NCBI GenBank assembly: GCA_963821495.1
Contig: CAWGEA010000001.1
Coordinates: 323,487 to 387,486, forward strand
DNA length: 64,000 bases
From: an uncultured Actinomycetes bacterium
GTDB lineage: Bacteria; Actinomycetota; Thermoleophilia; Gaiellales; Gaiellaceae
Reading direction: 5' to 3'
Positions 17,851 to 27,272 of the stretch are shown here, one piece after another; positions within the stretch are counted from its first letter, which is position 1, and each line of letters opens with the position of its first letter. Made by a program: the position numbers and the translations under genes. The notes below the pieces were generated by a model. The model did no database searches. It had not been told where the DNA came from and was given only the letters and a program-made list of their open reading frames with translations.

Positions 17851-18531
17851 CGCGACCCGACCTGGTCGCGGCGCGTGACGGCGAGCTTGACCAGGATGCT
17901 GTGGACGTGGTTCTTCACCGTCGCGCGCTCGATCGAGAGGCGTCGCGCGATCTGCTTGTTCGACAGACCCTCGGCGATCAGGCCGGCGATCTCCCGCTGC
18001 CGGGGAGTGAGCGCGTCGCCGCCGGTGACCCGCGGCCCGCCTGACGGCGAGAGCCGCAACGCGCTTCGCAAGCACGGCCGCGAGGCGTGGAGAGCACTGC
18101 AGCTCCCCGTTCGCCGCTGCCTCGACCGCTATGACCAGGTCGGAGAATGGCTGGTCGGCGGTGACGTAGCCGGCAACCCCGGCCTCGAGCAGCGCGACCA
18201 CCGCGTCCTCGTCGTCGGGAACGCCGACCGCGACGATCCCGGCGTCCGGGAGCGCCCCCGCCAGGGCACGCATGCCATCCGGCACGGAGACCGAGGCGGC
18301 GTCGACGACGACGACCCCAGGTTCGAACACCCCGGCGGCCATTCCGGCCACGTCGCGCGGAGCGCTTCCGGCGAGCTCGATGCCATCCTCGTCCACGAGC
18401 GCAGTCGCGAGCGCCTCGCGGTAGAGCCGGACATCGCCGACGAGGAGCACGCGGACCGGCGCTTGCGCGCTGTCCACTTGCCCCGCCGCGCCGCCGTTCA
18501 CGACCGTGGGCTGACGCCTGGTTGTGGTCAT
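17835..18531 (-). pseudogene. NarL/LuxR-family response regulator split by a frameshift, with an atypical receiver domain
   Basis: The receiver-like part is in the frame of ORF 17803..18612 (VRVLLVGD...VVVVDAAS...GVAGYVTAD...SPRLAAVLAKRV). The LuxR HTH is in the frame of ORF 17835..18071 (LTPRQREIAGLIAEGLSNKQIARRLSIERATVKNHVHSILVKL). The frames switch between about 18017 and 18055. Confidence 0.7.
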
Positions 18532-18640
18532 CCGCCGCAGAGAGGCTGCGCCGTTTGCACCCTCGTCCCCCTTAGCGGTTGAGGGGCCGAGAATTTCATC
18601 CGGGTCCGACATGTGTCAAATTGGAAGGCGGGTGGAAGGA

Positions 18641-19309
18641 ATGATCGTCGAGCGGAGCATGGATCCCGGCTGGCTCTCGAACGCGTATCTGGTCGCGGAC
18701 GAGCCCGGCGGGACAGGGGTCTTCGTGGACTCGGGGGCGCCGCTGGAGCCGTTGTTCGAGGCCGTCGAGCGGCATCGCCTGACCGTCACGCACCTGCTGA
18801 CGACCCACGCCGACGCCGACCACGTCGCCGGCGACGGCGAGATCCGCGCCCGCTACGGCTGTCCGGTCGTGAAGGGCGACCTCGAGACCGGTGGGCTCTC
18901 GATCCGCGCGCTCGAGACGCCCGGGCACAAGGACGATCACCTCGCATTCGTGGTCAACGACGAGCTCTGCTGCAGCGGCGACGTGCTCTTCAAGGACGCA
19001 GTCGGGGGCGGCGACTTCGGGCAGATCCGCCGCTCGGTGATGGAGGTGCTGATGAAGCTGTCTCCGGAGACGCGCGTCCTCCCGGGCCACACCGACGAGA
19101 CGACGATCGGTCGGGAGTGGGAGCAGAACCCGTTCGTCCGCGTGTGGCGCGGAGCCGAGCCTGAGGGAAGGGAGCCGGTGCGGGTCGGCGGTGAGGAGGC
19201 GACGCTCGTCGTCTGGTCGCCCGACTACGACGGCAAGGGCAAGGCCTGGGTGCGGTTCGCCGACGGCCGCGACGCGATCGTCGGCGGCTCAAGCGTGGAA
19301 CGCGGCTAG
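18641..19309 (+). CDS. MBL-fold metallo-hydrolase
   Basis: THADADH in place of the HxHxDH motif, then TPGHKDDH and LPGH. ATG at 18641 follows GGAAGGA. Confidence 0.85.
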   Translation: MIVERSMDPGWLSNAYLVADEPGGTGVFVDSGAPLEPLFEAVERHRLTVTHLLTTHADADHVAGDGEIRARYGCPVVKGDLETGGLSIRALETPGHKDDHLAFVVNDELCCSGDVLFKDAVGGGDFGQIRRSVMEVLMKLSPETRVLPGHTDETTIGREWEQNPFVRVWRGAEPEGREPVRVGGEEATLVVWSPDYDGKGKAWVRFADGRDAIVGGSSVERG

Positions 19310-20308
19310 CCGCTCCGCCTCCTCCTCGAGCTCGGCGCGGACACCGCGCGCGAGGCGTCCGAACGCCTCGAGCTGGACGCGACCACCGTCGTAGCGCCAG
19401 ATGCCCGCTACCTCGCCGTCGACGAGGAACGTCCGATCCGACTGCGGGTTCCTGACGTGGAAGATCCGCCGCCGGTGCTCCTCCGCGAGGATCCCCGTGC
19501 GGCGTGCGTGGACGAGCAGGCCCGCATCCCAGGTCGGGAGGAACCGCACGGGAGCCCGTGTCTCGGCGGCTGGGAGCGGCGAGCGCGGGAGATCGAGCAG
19601 CTCGCGGCCGTCCGCGTCGCGGAAGCGCCGCAGCGGCAGCCGCTCGAGGGCGCCGGCCAGCGCTCCGACCCGCATTCCGGCCCAGTCGGCGATGTCCGTC
19701 GGCGGGGCCGGCCCGTAAGCGGCCAGGTAGCGGCGGACCAGGTGCTCGAGCGCCTCGGCTTCCGAGAGGGCCGGCTCCGGCCCGACCCACCCCTCGGCCA
19801 GCCCGTACAGATCGGCGCGCCTCCGGTCCCACGTCCCGGAGGGCGGCACGCGCACGAGCTCGACCCAGTGGCCGATCCCCGGCTGCAGCAGCTTGCCGAG
19901 CTCCTTTGCCGTCCGCGGCCCGTCCGCGAGCGCGCGCCGCAGCCGCTCGGCTGCCCGGCGCAGCTCGCGATCATCCGTCCCCTGCACGCGGCGCGACCAC
20001 GCCTTGCGTTCCGCGCGCAGCGCGATCGCGAGCGGCCAGAAGTCGCGGCGTGAGACGACGTGGATGGTGCTGCGCATCAGCGTCGCCTGCACGAGCGAGC
20101 CCCGCTGGAGCGCCTGTGTCACTGCCTCCCGCTCCAGGCCCGCCACGCGCGACCACAGCCCGACGTAGGTCGAAGGCGCGTACTGGGCCTGCACGCCGCC
20201 CATCTGCTCCACTACCCGCGGCAGTGGCAGGCGACGCCGCTCCAGCAGGAGCTGCCGTGCGAGCAGGGCGCGGTTCAGCTCGCGCCGCGTGAGGACGCGC
20301 TCGCTCAT
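19289..20308 (-). CDS. winged-helix DNA-binding protein, YcaQ/AlkZ-like (DNA glycosylase family)
   Basis: N-terminus (LTRRELNRALLARQLLLERR...VEQMGGVQAQYAPSTYVGLWSR) is typical of the HTH_42/YcaQ family. Confidence 0.8.
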   Translation of the reverse strand: MSERVLTRRELNRALLARQLLLERRRLPLPRVVEQMGGVQAQYAPSTYVGLWSRVAGLEREAVTQALQRGSLVQATLMRSTIHVVSRRDFWPLAIALRAERKAWSRRVQGTDDRELRRAAERLRRALADGPRTAKELGKLLQPGIGHWVELVRVPPSGTWDRRRADLYGLAEGWVGPEPALSEAEALEHLVRRYLAAYGPAPPTDIADWAGMRVGALAGALERLPLRRFRDADGRELLDLPRSPLPAAETRAPVRFLPTWDAGLLVHARRTGILAEEHRRRIFHVRNPQSDRTFLVDGEVAGIWRYDGGRVQLEAFGRLARGVRAELEEEAERLAAFHA

Positions 20309-20356
20309 GGCGGCACGCTAACGGCGGTAAGCTCGCGCGACCGGAGAGGAGGGACG

Positions 20357-20644
20357 ATGGCGATCACGCTCCACCGCTGCAAGAACATGTGGGTCAAGCT
20401 CCCGGGCCACCCGTGCTGGCGGGTGCAGAAGGCGCTCGACGAGGCCGGGGCCGAATACAAGGTCGACCTCCTGCCGTGGCCCCGCAATCGCGACGAGACG
20501 GAGCGCCGCACGGGGCAGAAGAAGTACCCGTGGATCGAGTTCGAGGACGGCTCGATCTATCGCGAGGAGTCCAAGGACATGGCGCAGCGGATCCGCGACG
20601 GCAAGCTCGCCGAGGCGCCGCGAACCCAGCAGCCGCTCGCATGA
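20357..20644 (+). CDS. thioredoxin-fold protein (GST-N / glutaredoxin-like), 95 aa
   Basis: ATG at 20357 follows GGAGAGGAGGG. Pattern ITLHRCKNMW...HPCWRVQKALDEAG...YPWIEFEDG resembles GST_N_3/Grx-like folds, with a single Cys and no CxxC. Confidence 0.65.
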   Translation: MAITLHRCKNMWVKLPGHPCWRVQKALDEAGAEYKVDLLPWPRNRDETERRTGQKKYPWIEFEDGSIYREESKDMAQRIRDGKLAEAPRTQQPLA

Positions 20645-21282
20645 GCTTCATCGTCCCCGAGGAAATCGACGCCTACGCCGAGGCGCACACCACGCCGCCG
20701 GAGCCGCTGATGGCCGAGCTGGCCGAGGAGACGAAGACGACGCTCGAGGCGCCAGGGATGCTGACCGGCGTCGTCGAGGGCCGCTTCCTCGAGCAGCTCG
20801 TCTTCGCGCTCCAGGCGCGGCGCGTGCTCGAGCTCGGCACCTACAGCGGCTACTCGTCGCTCTCGATGGCGGCGGGGCTGCCGGATGGTGGGCACATCGA
20901 CACCTGCGAGGTCGAGCCGCAACACGCGGAGGTGGCGCAGCGCTACATCGACCGGAGCCCGTACCGCGACCGGATCACGATCCACCTCGGGCCCGCGCTG
21001 GAGACGATCGACCGCCTGGGCGGCGAGTGGGACTTCGTCTTCATCGACGCCGACAAGGTCAACTACGCGAGTTACTACGAGGCGCTGCTGCCACGGCTTT
21101 CCCCGACGGGCCTGATGGCGCTCGACAACACGCTCTGGAGCGGCCGCGTGCTCGACGAGGAGGACGACTCGGAGTCGACGGTCGCGATCCGGGAGCTGAA
21201 CGACCGCATCGCGGCCGACGAGCGGGTCGTGGCGGCGCAGTTGACCGTCCGCGACGGCGTGACGCTCGTCAGGCGCCGCTGA
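20641..21282 (+). CDS. class I SAM-dependent O-methyltransferase (caffeoyl-CoA OMT-like)
   Basis: VLELGTYSGYSSLSMA SAM motif, DFVFIDADK, and LMALDNTLWSGRV. ATGA overlap with the preceding gene. Confidence 0.9.
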   Translation: MSFIVPEEIDAYAEAHTTPPEPLMAELAEETKTTLEAPGMLTGVVEGRFLEQLVFALQARRVLELGTYSGYSSLSMAAGLPDGGHIDTCEVEPQHAEVAQRYIDRSPYRDRITIHLGPALETIDRLGGEWDFVFIDADKVNYASYYEALLPRLSPTGLMALDNTLWSGRVLDEEDDSESTVAIRELNDRIAADERVVAAQLTVRDGVTLVRRR

Positions 21283-21333
21283 CGCAAGCCGGCCGGACTA
21301 AAGATTCGGCAGCCTCATGCCGATTCACGCCCG

Positions 21334-22617
21334 GTGGACGGCGGTTCGCAACGATCCGCACCTGCGGCTGCTCGCTGGATCGACCGGTGGCTCGACGCCT
21401 GCAGTGAACTAGCGGACCTCTCGCGCTCGAATCCGATGACGGACGCCGTGATCGACGAGATCGACGGCCGGATGATCCGCATCGGCGACACCTGGCTCGC
21501 CGACTTCGCCTCGTGCAACTACCTCGGCTTCGACCTCGACCGGGAGATCATCGCCTCGGTGCCGGAGCAGCTCGAGCGATGGGGCACGCACCCGAGCTGG
21601 TCGCGCCTGCTCGGCAGCCCGGTCCTGTACGAGCGGATCGAGGAGCGGCTCACCGAGCTGCTGGGCGCCGAGGACACGCTGGTGCTGCCGACGATCACGC
21701 TGATCCACATGTCCGTGATCCCGGTGCTCGCCGGCGGCGGGACGATCTTCCTCGAGAAGCGCGCGCACAAGACGATCTACGACGGCTGCGAGCTGGCGAA
21801 GGTCCGCGGCGCGACCGTCAAGCCCTTCAGGTTCGAGGATGTGGACGATCTCGAGCGGCTGCTGCGCGAGGGCAGCACGGCGCCGCGCCTGGTCTGCATC
21901 GACGGCGTCAACAGCATGACCGGCAACGCGGCCGACCTCGCCTCCTTCGCCCGGCTCGCTCGCGAGTACGACGCGCTCCTCTACGTCGACGACGCGCACG
22001 GCTTCGGCGTGATCGGCGAGCGCACCGCCGACGAGACAAGCCCGTACGGAATGCGCGGCAACGGAATCGTGCGCTACTTCGGCGAGACCTACGACCACAT
22101 CGTCTTCGTCGCGGGCCTCTCGAAGTCGTACTCCTCGCTCGCGGCGTTCCTCGCCTGCCCGCCGGAGTTGAAGCGCCTGCTGAAGACGGCCGCGCCGCCG
22201 TACCTCTACTCCGGCCCGTCACCCGTCGCCTCGCTGGCCACCACGCTCGCCGGGCTCGACGTCAACGACGCGCGCGGGGACGCAATCCGCGCGGACCTCT
22301 GGAAGAAGACCACCATGGTGCTCGACTGCCTCGACCGCCTCGGCGCGCACACACCGAACCATTCCGGCTTCCCGATCATCGAGGTGCCGCTCGCGCGCCA
22401 CGAGGACGTCGACGCGGTCGGGCGCTTCCTGTTCGAGAACGGAATCTACGTGACGCTGGCGGCGTACCCGCTCGTGCCGCGGAACGAGGTCGGCTTCCGG
22501 ATCCAGGTCACGGCCGCGAACACGAACGCCGAGATCGAGCAGCTCGTCGACGTGCTCGGCCGGCTCGCCAACCGGTTCGACCTGCAGCCGGCCCACGCCA
22601 AGGTGAGGGCGGCCTGA
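21334..22617 (+). CDS. PLP-dependent alpha-oxoamine synthase family enzyme (BioF/KBL/SPT/CqsA superfamily)
   Basis: Motifs CNYLGF, DGVNSMTG, YVDDAHGFGVIG and GLSKSYSS (PLP lysine). The GTG 21334 start keeps an N-terminal helix similar to SPT-like members; ATG 21436 is the alternative. Confidence 0.88.
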   Translation: MDGGSQRSAPAAARWIDRWLDACSELADLSRSNPMTDAVIDEIDGRMIRIGDTWLADFASCNYLGFDLDREIIASVPEQLERWGTHPSWSRLLGSPVLYERIEERLTELLGAEDTLVLPTITLIHMSVIPVLAGGGTIFLEKRAHKTIYDGCELAKVRGATVKPFRFEDVDDLERLLREGSTAPRLVCIDGVNSMTGNAADLASFARLAREYDALLYVDDAHGFGVIGERTADETSPYGMRGNGIVRYFGETYDHIVFVAGLSKSYSSLAAFLACPPELKRLLKTAAPPYLYSGPSPVASLATTLAGLDVNDARGDAIRADLWKKTTMVLDCLDRLGAHTPNHSGFPIIEVPLARHEDVDAVGRFLFENGIYVTLAAYPLVPRNEVGFRIQVTAANTNAEIEQLVDVLGRLANRFDLQPAHAKVRAA

Positions 22618-22622
22618 TCCCC

Positions 22623-25600
22623 GTGCGCAGCTGGCGCGATAATGCGTGGTGGTGGTACGGCGCCGCCGCGGGCGTGCTCGCAGCGCTCTACATGTTCGTT
22701 CCGCCCTTCAAGGGCTCGGGGCCGCTGATCAACGTGCTCGGCTTTTCGGGCATCGCAGCGATCGTCGCAGGCATCCGGATGCACCACCCGCGGGCCCGCG
22801 TCGCCTGGGTGCTCTTCGGCGCCGGCCAACTCCTCTTCGTCAGCGGCGACATCTACACGTACAGCAACCCGAACGCCCCCTTCCCGTCTCCGGGCGACGC
22901 GCTCTACCTGGCCGTCTACCCCGTGCTGATGGCGGGCCTGCTCCTCCTCGTCCGGCGGCGCAACCCGCGGCGCGACCCGGCCGCGCTGATCGACGCACTG
23001 ATCCTGACGATCGGCATCGGCCTCCTTTCGTGGGTGTTCCTGATCGCCCCGAACATCCACCTGACCGAGATCTCGTGGCTCGCCAAGGGGGTCTCGATCG
23101 CTTACCCGCTGGGCGACGTGCTGCTGCTGGCGGTCGCGATCCGGCTCGCGGTGGACGCGGGCAAGCGAGCGCCGGCCTTCTACCTGCTGGCGGGGAGCAT
23201 CGTCTGCCTGCTCGCCACCGACTCTGCCTACAACCTCGCGATCCTCAAGGAGACGTACGACCACAGCCAGCTGATCTACGACCTCGGCTGGATCGCGTAC
23301 TACGTCCTCTGGGGGGCGGCTGCTCTGCATCCGTCGATGCGCGTGCTCGAGGAGCCCGCGACCAGCGCGCGGCCTCGCCTGACCACCTCGCGGCTCGCGC
23401 TGCTCGGCGCGGCGTGCCTGATCGCCCCGTCCATCCGCTTTTTCCAGGCGCTCGCCGACCCCGACATCATGGTGCTGATCGTCGCCTCCGCAGTGCTCTT
23501 CCTCCTCGTCGTCACCAGGATGGCCGGCCTGGTACGACAGGAGGAGCGGATCGTCTCGCGCGAGCGCACGCTCCGCGTTGCCGGGGCGGAGCTCGTCGGC
23601 GCGGCCGGCTACGAGCAGATCTACGAAGCGGCGATCGCCGGCGTTCGGCGGCTGCTCGGCAGCGATCTCTGCGTCCACCTCGCGCTGCTGCGAGCGACCG
23701 GCCCGGCGGTCGTCGCCTCCTCGCAGGACTGCGACTGGCCGCTGACCGAGCCGACCTTCGCCTGGCTGCGAGAGCACACCGGAGAGTTGCGCATCCCGTA
23801 CCTCGACCTTCCGCGCGAGGTTCGTAGCGAGCTACGGCTCGAGGGCGGTCACACCGTCCTGTTCTCACCGCTCGCGATCCGCTCCGACGTGCGCGGCCTG
23901 CTCGTCGCCAACTCGCGTGACGAGGTCCCCGAGGAGGTCGCGAACTCCTTCCAGGCGCTCGGCCTGCAGGTCTCGCTGGCCGTCGAGGGTGCCTCCCTCG
24001 CCGCCGACCTGCACCGGCGGCGGAGCGAGGCTCGGTTCCGCTCGCTCGTCGCCCACTCCAGCGACCTGATCACGGTGCTGGATGCCAACGGAGTCGTCAC
24101 CTACCAGAGCCCGTCGGTGGAACGCGTGCTCGGCTACGGGGTGGACGAGGTCGAGGGCACGCAGTTCGACTGGCTGCTGAGCGAGGCCGACCGGCCGCGG
24201 CTGCGCAGCCTGATCGCCGGCGACGGAGCGGGCAGCCCGGAGGCGCACACACTCGAATGCTCGCTGGCCCACAAGGACGGGACCACGCTCCGCTTCGAGG
24301 TCCAGCACACCGACCTGCTCCACGACGAGCACGTGCGCGGCATCGTCCTGAACAGCCGTGACGTGAGCGAGCGGAAGGAGTTCGAGGAGCAGCTCGCGCA
24401 CCAGGCGTTTCACGACCCGGTCACAGGTCTCGCCAACCGCGCGCTCTTCTCCGACCGCGTCGAGCACGCGCTGATGCGCTCGCAGCGCGGGTTCCCGGAC
24501 ATCGCCGTGGTCTTCATCGACCTCGACGACTTCAAGACCGTCAACGACAGTCTCGGGCACGCGGCCGGCGACCAGGTGCTCCAGGAGGTCGCACGCCGGC
24601 TGCGCATCGCAGTGCGCCCGACCGACACGGTCGCCCGCTTCGGCGGCGACGAGTTCGCCGTCCTGCTCGAGAGCGTCAACGACTCGAGCCAGGCCGCGGA
24701 CGCCGCGGCGCGGATCCTGCACGCGCTCGAGCTTCCGTTGCAGATCGACGGCAAGCAGGTCTTCCCGCGGGCGAGCGTCGGGATCTGCCTCGTCGACCGG
24801 GAGGATTCCGTGCCGGAGGCCGCCGAGCTGCTGCGGAACGCCGACGTCGCCATGTACATGGCGAAGCGCGACAGCAAGGGCAGCTACCGCGTCTTCGAGC
24901 CGGCGATGCACGAGCGCGTCGTCGAGCGGCTCGAGCTGCGCGCCGAGCTCCAGCAGGCGATCGAGGCCGACCAGCTGGCGCTCCACTACCAGCCGGTCGT
25001 GCGCCTCGCCGGGCACGAGATCCTCGGCGTCGAGGCGCTCCTGCGCTGGAACCACCCGACGCGCGGGGTGATTCCGCCGAACCAGTTCATCCCGCTCGCC
25101 GAGGAGACCGGGCTGATCATCTCGATGGGCCGCTGGGTCCTGAACGAGGCCTGCCGCGAGGGCGTCGCGCTGCACAAGCGCTTCGAGCGCAAGGAGCCGC
25201 TCGGGATCAGCGTCAACCTCTCCGTCCGCCAGCTGCAGTCGGACACGATCCTGAGCGACGTGCGTTGCGCCCTCGAGACGAGCGGCCTGCCCCCGGAGTC
25301 CCTCGTGCTCGAGATCACCGAGTCCGTGATGCTCTCGGACACGGACTTCGCGGTCCAGCGCCTGCGCGACCTGAAGGCGCTCGGCGTGCGGCTCGCCATG
25401 GACGACTTCGGCACGGGCTACTCCTCGCTCAGCTACCTCAGCCGCTTCCCGGTCGACATCCTCAAGATGGACCGCTCGTTCGTCGGCTCCGGCGAGAACG
25501 TCGCGCTGCAGTCGGCGATCATCGCTCTCGGCGCGAGCCTCGACCTCGACGTCGTCGCCGAGGGGATCGAGCTCCCCGAGCAGGAGCGCTCGCTGCACGA

Positions 25601-25730
25601 CCTCGGCTGCGAGATCGGCCAGGGCTTCCTCTTCGCACGCCCGATGCCGAGCACGGATCTCGCCAAGTTCCTCGCCGGCCGGCCCGAATGGTCCGACGCC
25701 GACGTCGACGCCGCACCGAATGCAGCATAG
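22623..25730 (+). CDS. membrane sensor diguanylate cyclase/phosphodiesterase (approximately 10 TM, GAF-like, PAS, GGDEF, EAL)
   Basis: About 10 hydrophobic helices in the first 330 aa or so. PAS segment (FRSLVAHSSDLITVLD...), RFGGDEFAVLL, and EALLRWNHP...DDFGTGYSSL...KMDRSF. GTG at 22623 lies 5 nt after the upstream stop. Confidence 0.9.
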   Translation: MRSWRDNAWWWYGAAAGVLAALYMFVPPFKGSGPLINVLGFSGIAAIVAGIRMHHPRARVAWVLFGAGQLLFVSGDIYTYSNPNAPFPSPGDALYLAVYPVLMAGLLLLVRRRNPRRDPAALIDALILTIGIGLLSWVFLIAPNIHLTEISWLAKGVSIAYPLGDVLLLAVAIRLAVDAGKRAPAFYLLAGSIVCLLATDSAYNLAILKETYDHSQLIYDLGWIAYYVLWGAAALHPSMRVLEEPATSARPRLTTSRLALLGAACLIAPSIRFFQALADPDIMVLIVASAVLFLLVVTRMAGLVRQEERIVSRERTLRVAGAELVGAAGYEQIYEAAIAGVRRLLGSDLCVHLALLRATGPAVVASSQDCDWPLTEPTFAWLREHTGELRIPYLDLPREVRSELRLEGGHTVLFSPLAIRSDVRGLLVANSRDEVPEEVANSFQALGLQVSLAVEGASLAADLHRRRSEARFRSLVAHSSDLITVLDANGVVTYQSPSVERVLGYGVDEVEGTQFDWLLSEADRPRLRSLIAGDGAGSPEAHTLECSLAHKDGTTLRFEVQHTDLLHDEHVRGIVLNSRDVSERKEFEEQLAHQAFHDPVTGLANRALFSDRVEHALMRSQRGFPDIAVVFIDLDDFKTVNDSLGHAAGDQVLQEVARRLRIAVRPTDTVARFGGDEFAVLLESVNDSSQAADAAARILHALELPLQIDGKQVFPRASVGICLVDREDSVPEAAELLRNADVAMYMAKRDSKGSYRVFEPAMHERVVERLELRAELQQAIEADQLALHYQPVVRLAGHEILGVEALLRWNHPTRGVIPPNQFIPLAEETGLIISMGRWVLNEACREGVALHKRFERKEPLGISVNLSVRQLQSDTILSDVRCALETSGLPPESLVLEITESVMLSDTDFAVQRLRDLKALGVRLAMDDFGTGYSSLSYLSRFPVDILKMDRSFVGSGENVALQSAIIALGASLDLDVVAEGIELPEQERSLHDLGCEIGQGFLFARPMPSTDLAKFLAGRPEWSDADVDAAPNAA

Positions 25731-27039
25731 TCACGAGGCGCTCGACCGACCCGGCGGATTCGAGCGCACGCGGCTGTTCGCGCCGCTGCGCCACCGCGAC
25801 TTCCGCCTGCTCTGGAGCGGCATGGCCGTCTCACTCGTCGGCGACGGCATCTTCCTGATCGCGATCGCCTGGGAGACCTACGCCCTCTGGAACGCGCCGG
25901 CTGCGCTCTCGATCGTCGGGATCGGGATGACGGTGCCGACCGTGGTCTTCCTCCTGCTCGGGGGCGTGCTCAGCGACCGCCACGACCGCCGCCTGCTGAT
26001 GCTCTGGGCCGACATCGTGCGGGCGGCCGCAGTCGCCTGCCTGGCGGCGCTCGTCTTCGTCGATGCGCTGCAGCTGTGGCAGCTCGTCGGCCTCGTCGCC
26101 CTGTACGGCTGCGGGACGGCGTTCTTCACGCCTGCCTTCGAGGCGATCGTCCCCGATCTCCTGCCGGCGAACGACCTCGCGGCGGCGAATTCGCTCGACC
26201 AGTTCGTGCGGCCGATCGCGCTGCGCCTGCTCGGGCCGTTGCTCGGCGGCTGGCTCGTCGCGGCCGGAGCCGGCCTCGCGTTCACCGTCGACGCCGCCTC
26301 GTTCGCGGCCTCGGCCGTGGCGGTGCTGGCGCTGCGGCCGCGGGTGGTGAAGGGAGCCGCCGAGCAGGGATCTCACGGAGCGGCCGTGCGCGAGGGTCTC
26401 GCGTTCATCCGTCGCCGCGTCTGGCTCTGGGGGACGCTGGTCGCAGCGGCCGCCGCATATCTCGTCTTCCTCGGCCCGAGCGAAGTGCTCCTCCCCTACA
26501 TGGTCAAGAACGAGCTGCAGGGCTCGGCCCGCGACCTCGGCCTCGTCTTCGCGGCGGGCGGGCTCGGCGCGATCGGCGCCGCGATCTGGATGGGCCAGCG
26601 CGGCCATCCGCGGCGGGACGTGACCGTCATGTACGCGACCTGGACGCTCGCGACGCTCGCCATCGCCGGCTACGGCCTTGCGACGGCGGCCTGGCAGCTG
26701 ATGGTCGCCTGCCTCGTGTTCAATGCCCTCGAGACGGCCGGGACGATCGTCTGGGCGACCGTCAAGCAGCGCCACGTGCCGAGCGGGATGCTCGGCCGTG
26801 TCTCGAGCCTCGACTGGCTGATCTCGATCGGCCTGCTTCCGATCTCGTTTGCGCTCACCGCTCCTGTGGCCGCCGCGCTCGGCGTACGGACGACGCTCGT
26901 GGGCGCGGGCATCGTCGGCGCGGCGATTACGCTGGCGGCGCTTTTTCTCCCGGGGATGACCGCCATCGAGGGCAGGGCGGTACCGGACGGCCGCGCGCTC
27001 GGAGCGGGCGGGAGCCGGCCTCTACCGCACGCGAACTGA
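25720..27039 (+). CDS. MFS transporter (EntS/MFS_3-like exporter)
   Basis: 12 predicted TM segments. N-terminus (FRLLWSGMAVSLVGDGIFLIAIAW) is typical. Its start overlaps the preceding gene by 11 nt. Confidence 0.88.
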   Translation: MQHSHEALDRPGGFERTRLFAPLRHRDFRLLWSGMAVSLVGDGIFLIAIAWETYALWNAPAALSIVGIGMTVPTVVFLLLGGVLSDRHDRRLLMLWADIVRAAAVACLAALVFVDALQLWQLVGLVALYGCGTAFFTPAFEAIVPDLLPANDLAAANSLDQFVRPIALRLLGPLLGGWLVAAGAGLAFTVDAASFAASAVAVLALRPRVVKGAAEQGSHGAAVREGLAFIRRRVWLWGTLVAAAAAYLVFLGPSEVLLPYMVKNELQGSARDLGLVFAAGGLGAIGAAIWMGQRGHPRRDVTVMYATWTLATLAIAGYGLATAAWQLMVACLVFNALETAGTIVWATVKQRHVPSGMLGRVSSLDWLISIGLLPISFALTAPVAAALGVRTTLVGAGIVGAAITLAALFLPGMTAIEGRAVPDGRALGAGGSRPLPHAN

Positions 27040-27102
27040 CGGCGAAGCACGGTCACGCGCGCGAGGCGAGCCGAAACCTAGCCCGGCTACACTGTGCGCC
27101 CC

Positions 27103-27175
27103 GGGGCTATAGCTCAGCTGGGAGAGCGCCTGGATCGCACCCAGGAGGTCGCCGGTTCGAGTCCGGCTAGCTCCA
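27103..27175 (+). tRNA. tRNA-Ala (anticodon CGC)
   Basis: GGGGCTATAGCTCAGCTGGGAGAGCGCCTGGATCGCACCCAGGAGGTCGCCGGTTCGAGTCCGGCTAGCTCCA. G3:U70 identity pair, anticodon loop ATCGCAC. CCA is not encoded. Confidence 0.92.
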
Positions 27176-27177
27176 TG

Positions 27178-27204
27178 AAAACCGCCGCAAATCGGCGGTT
27201 TTCT
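27178..27204 (+). terminator. intrinsic terminator after tRNA-Ala
   Basis: ACCGCCG-CAAAT-CGGCGGT hairpin followed by TTTCTTG. Confidence 0.6.
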
Positions 27205-27272
27205 TGTCGGGGAGAGGGCGCATGATTACGTCCAGGGGCTCGGGCCTCAGGTGCAGTCAGCTGTATTCGGAA

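Noticed and set aside
14929-18582. 1217-aa plus-strand ORF, the second-longest in the track
   Set aside because: It lies antisense to the well-supported 1531-aa gene and the LuxR-type gene. Its translation is Arg/Val/Gly/Asp-rich low complexity with no recognisable motif. This is a typical shadow ORF of a high-GC genome.
21513-22622. 370-codon N-terminal extension of the GGDEF/EAL ORF (21513..25730)
   Set aside because: It overlaps the clearly real alpha-oxoamine synthase gene in another frame and is Arg/Ala/Pro-rich. The membrane domain starts right after GTG 22623.
23865-25598. 577-aa minus-strand ORF
   Set aside because: It lies antisense to the PAS-GGDEF-EAL region and has no motif. It is a shadow ORF.
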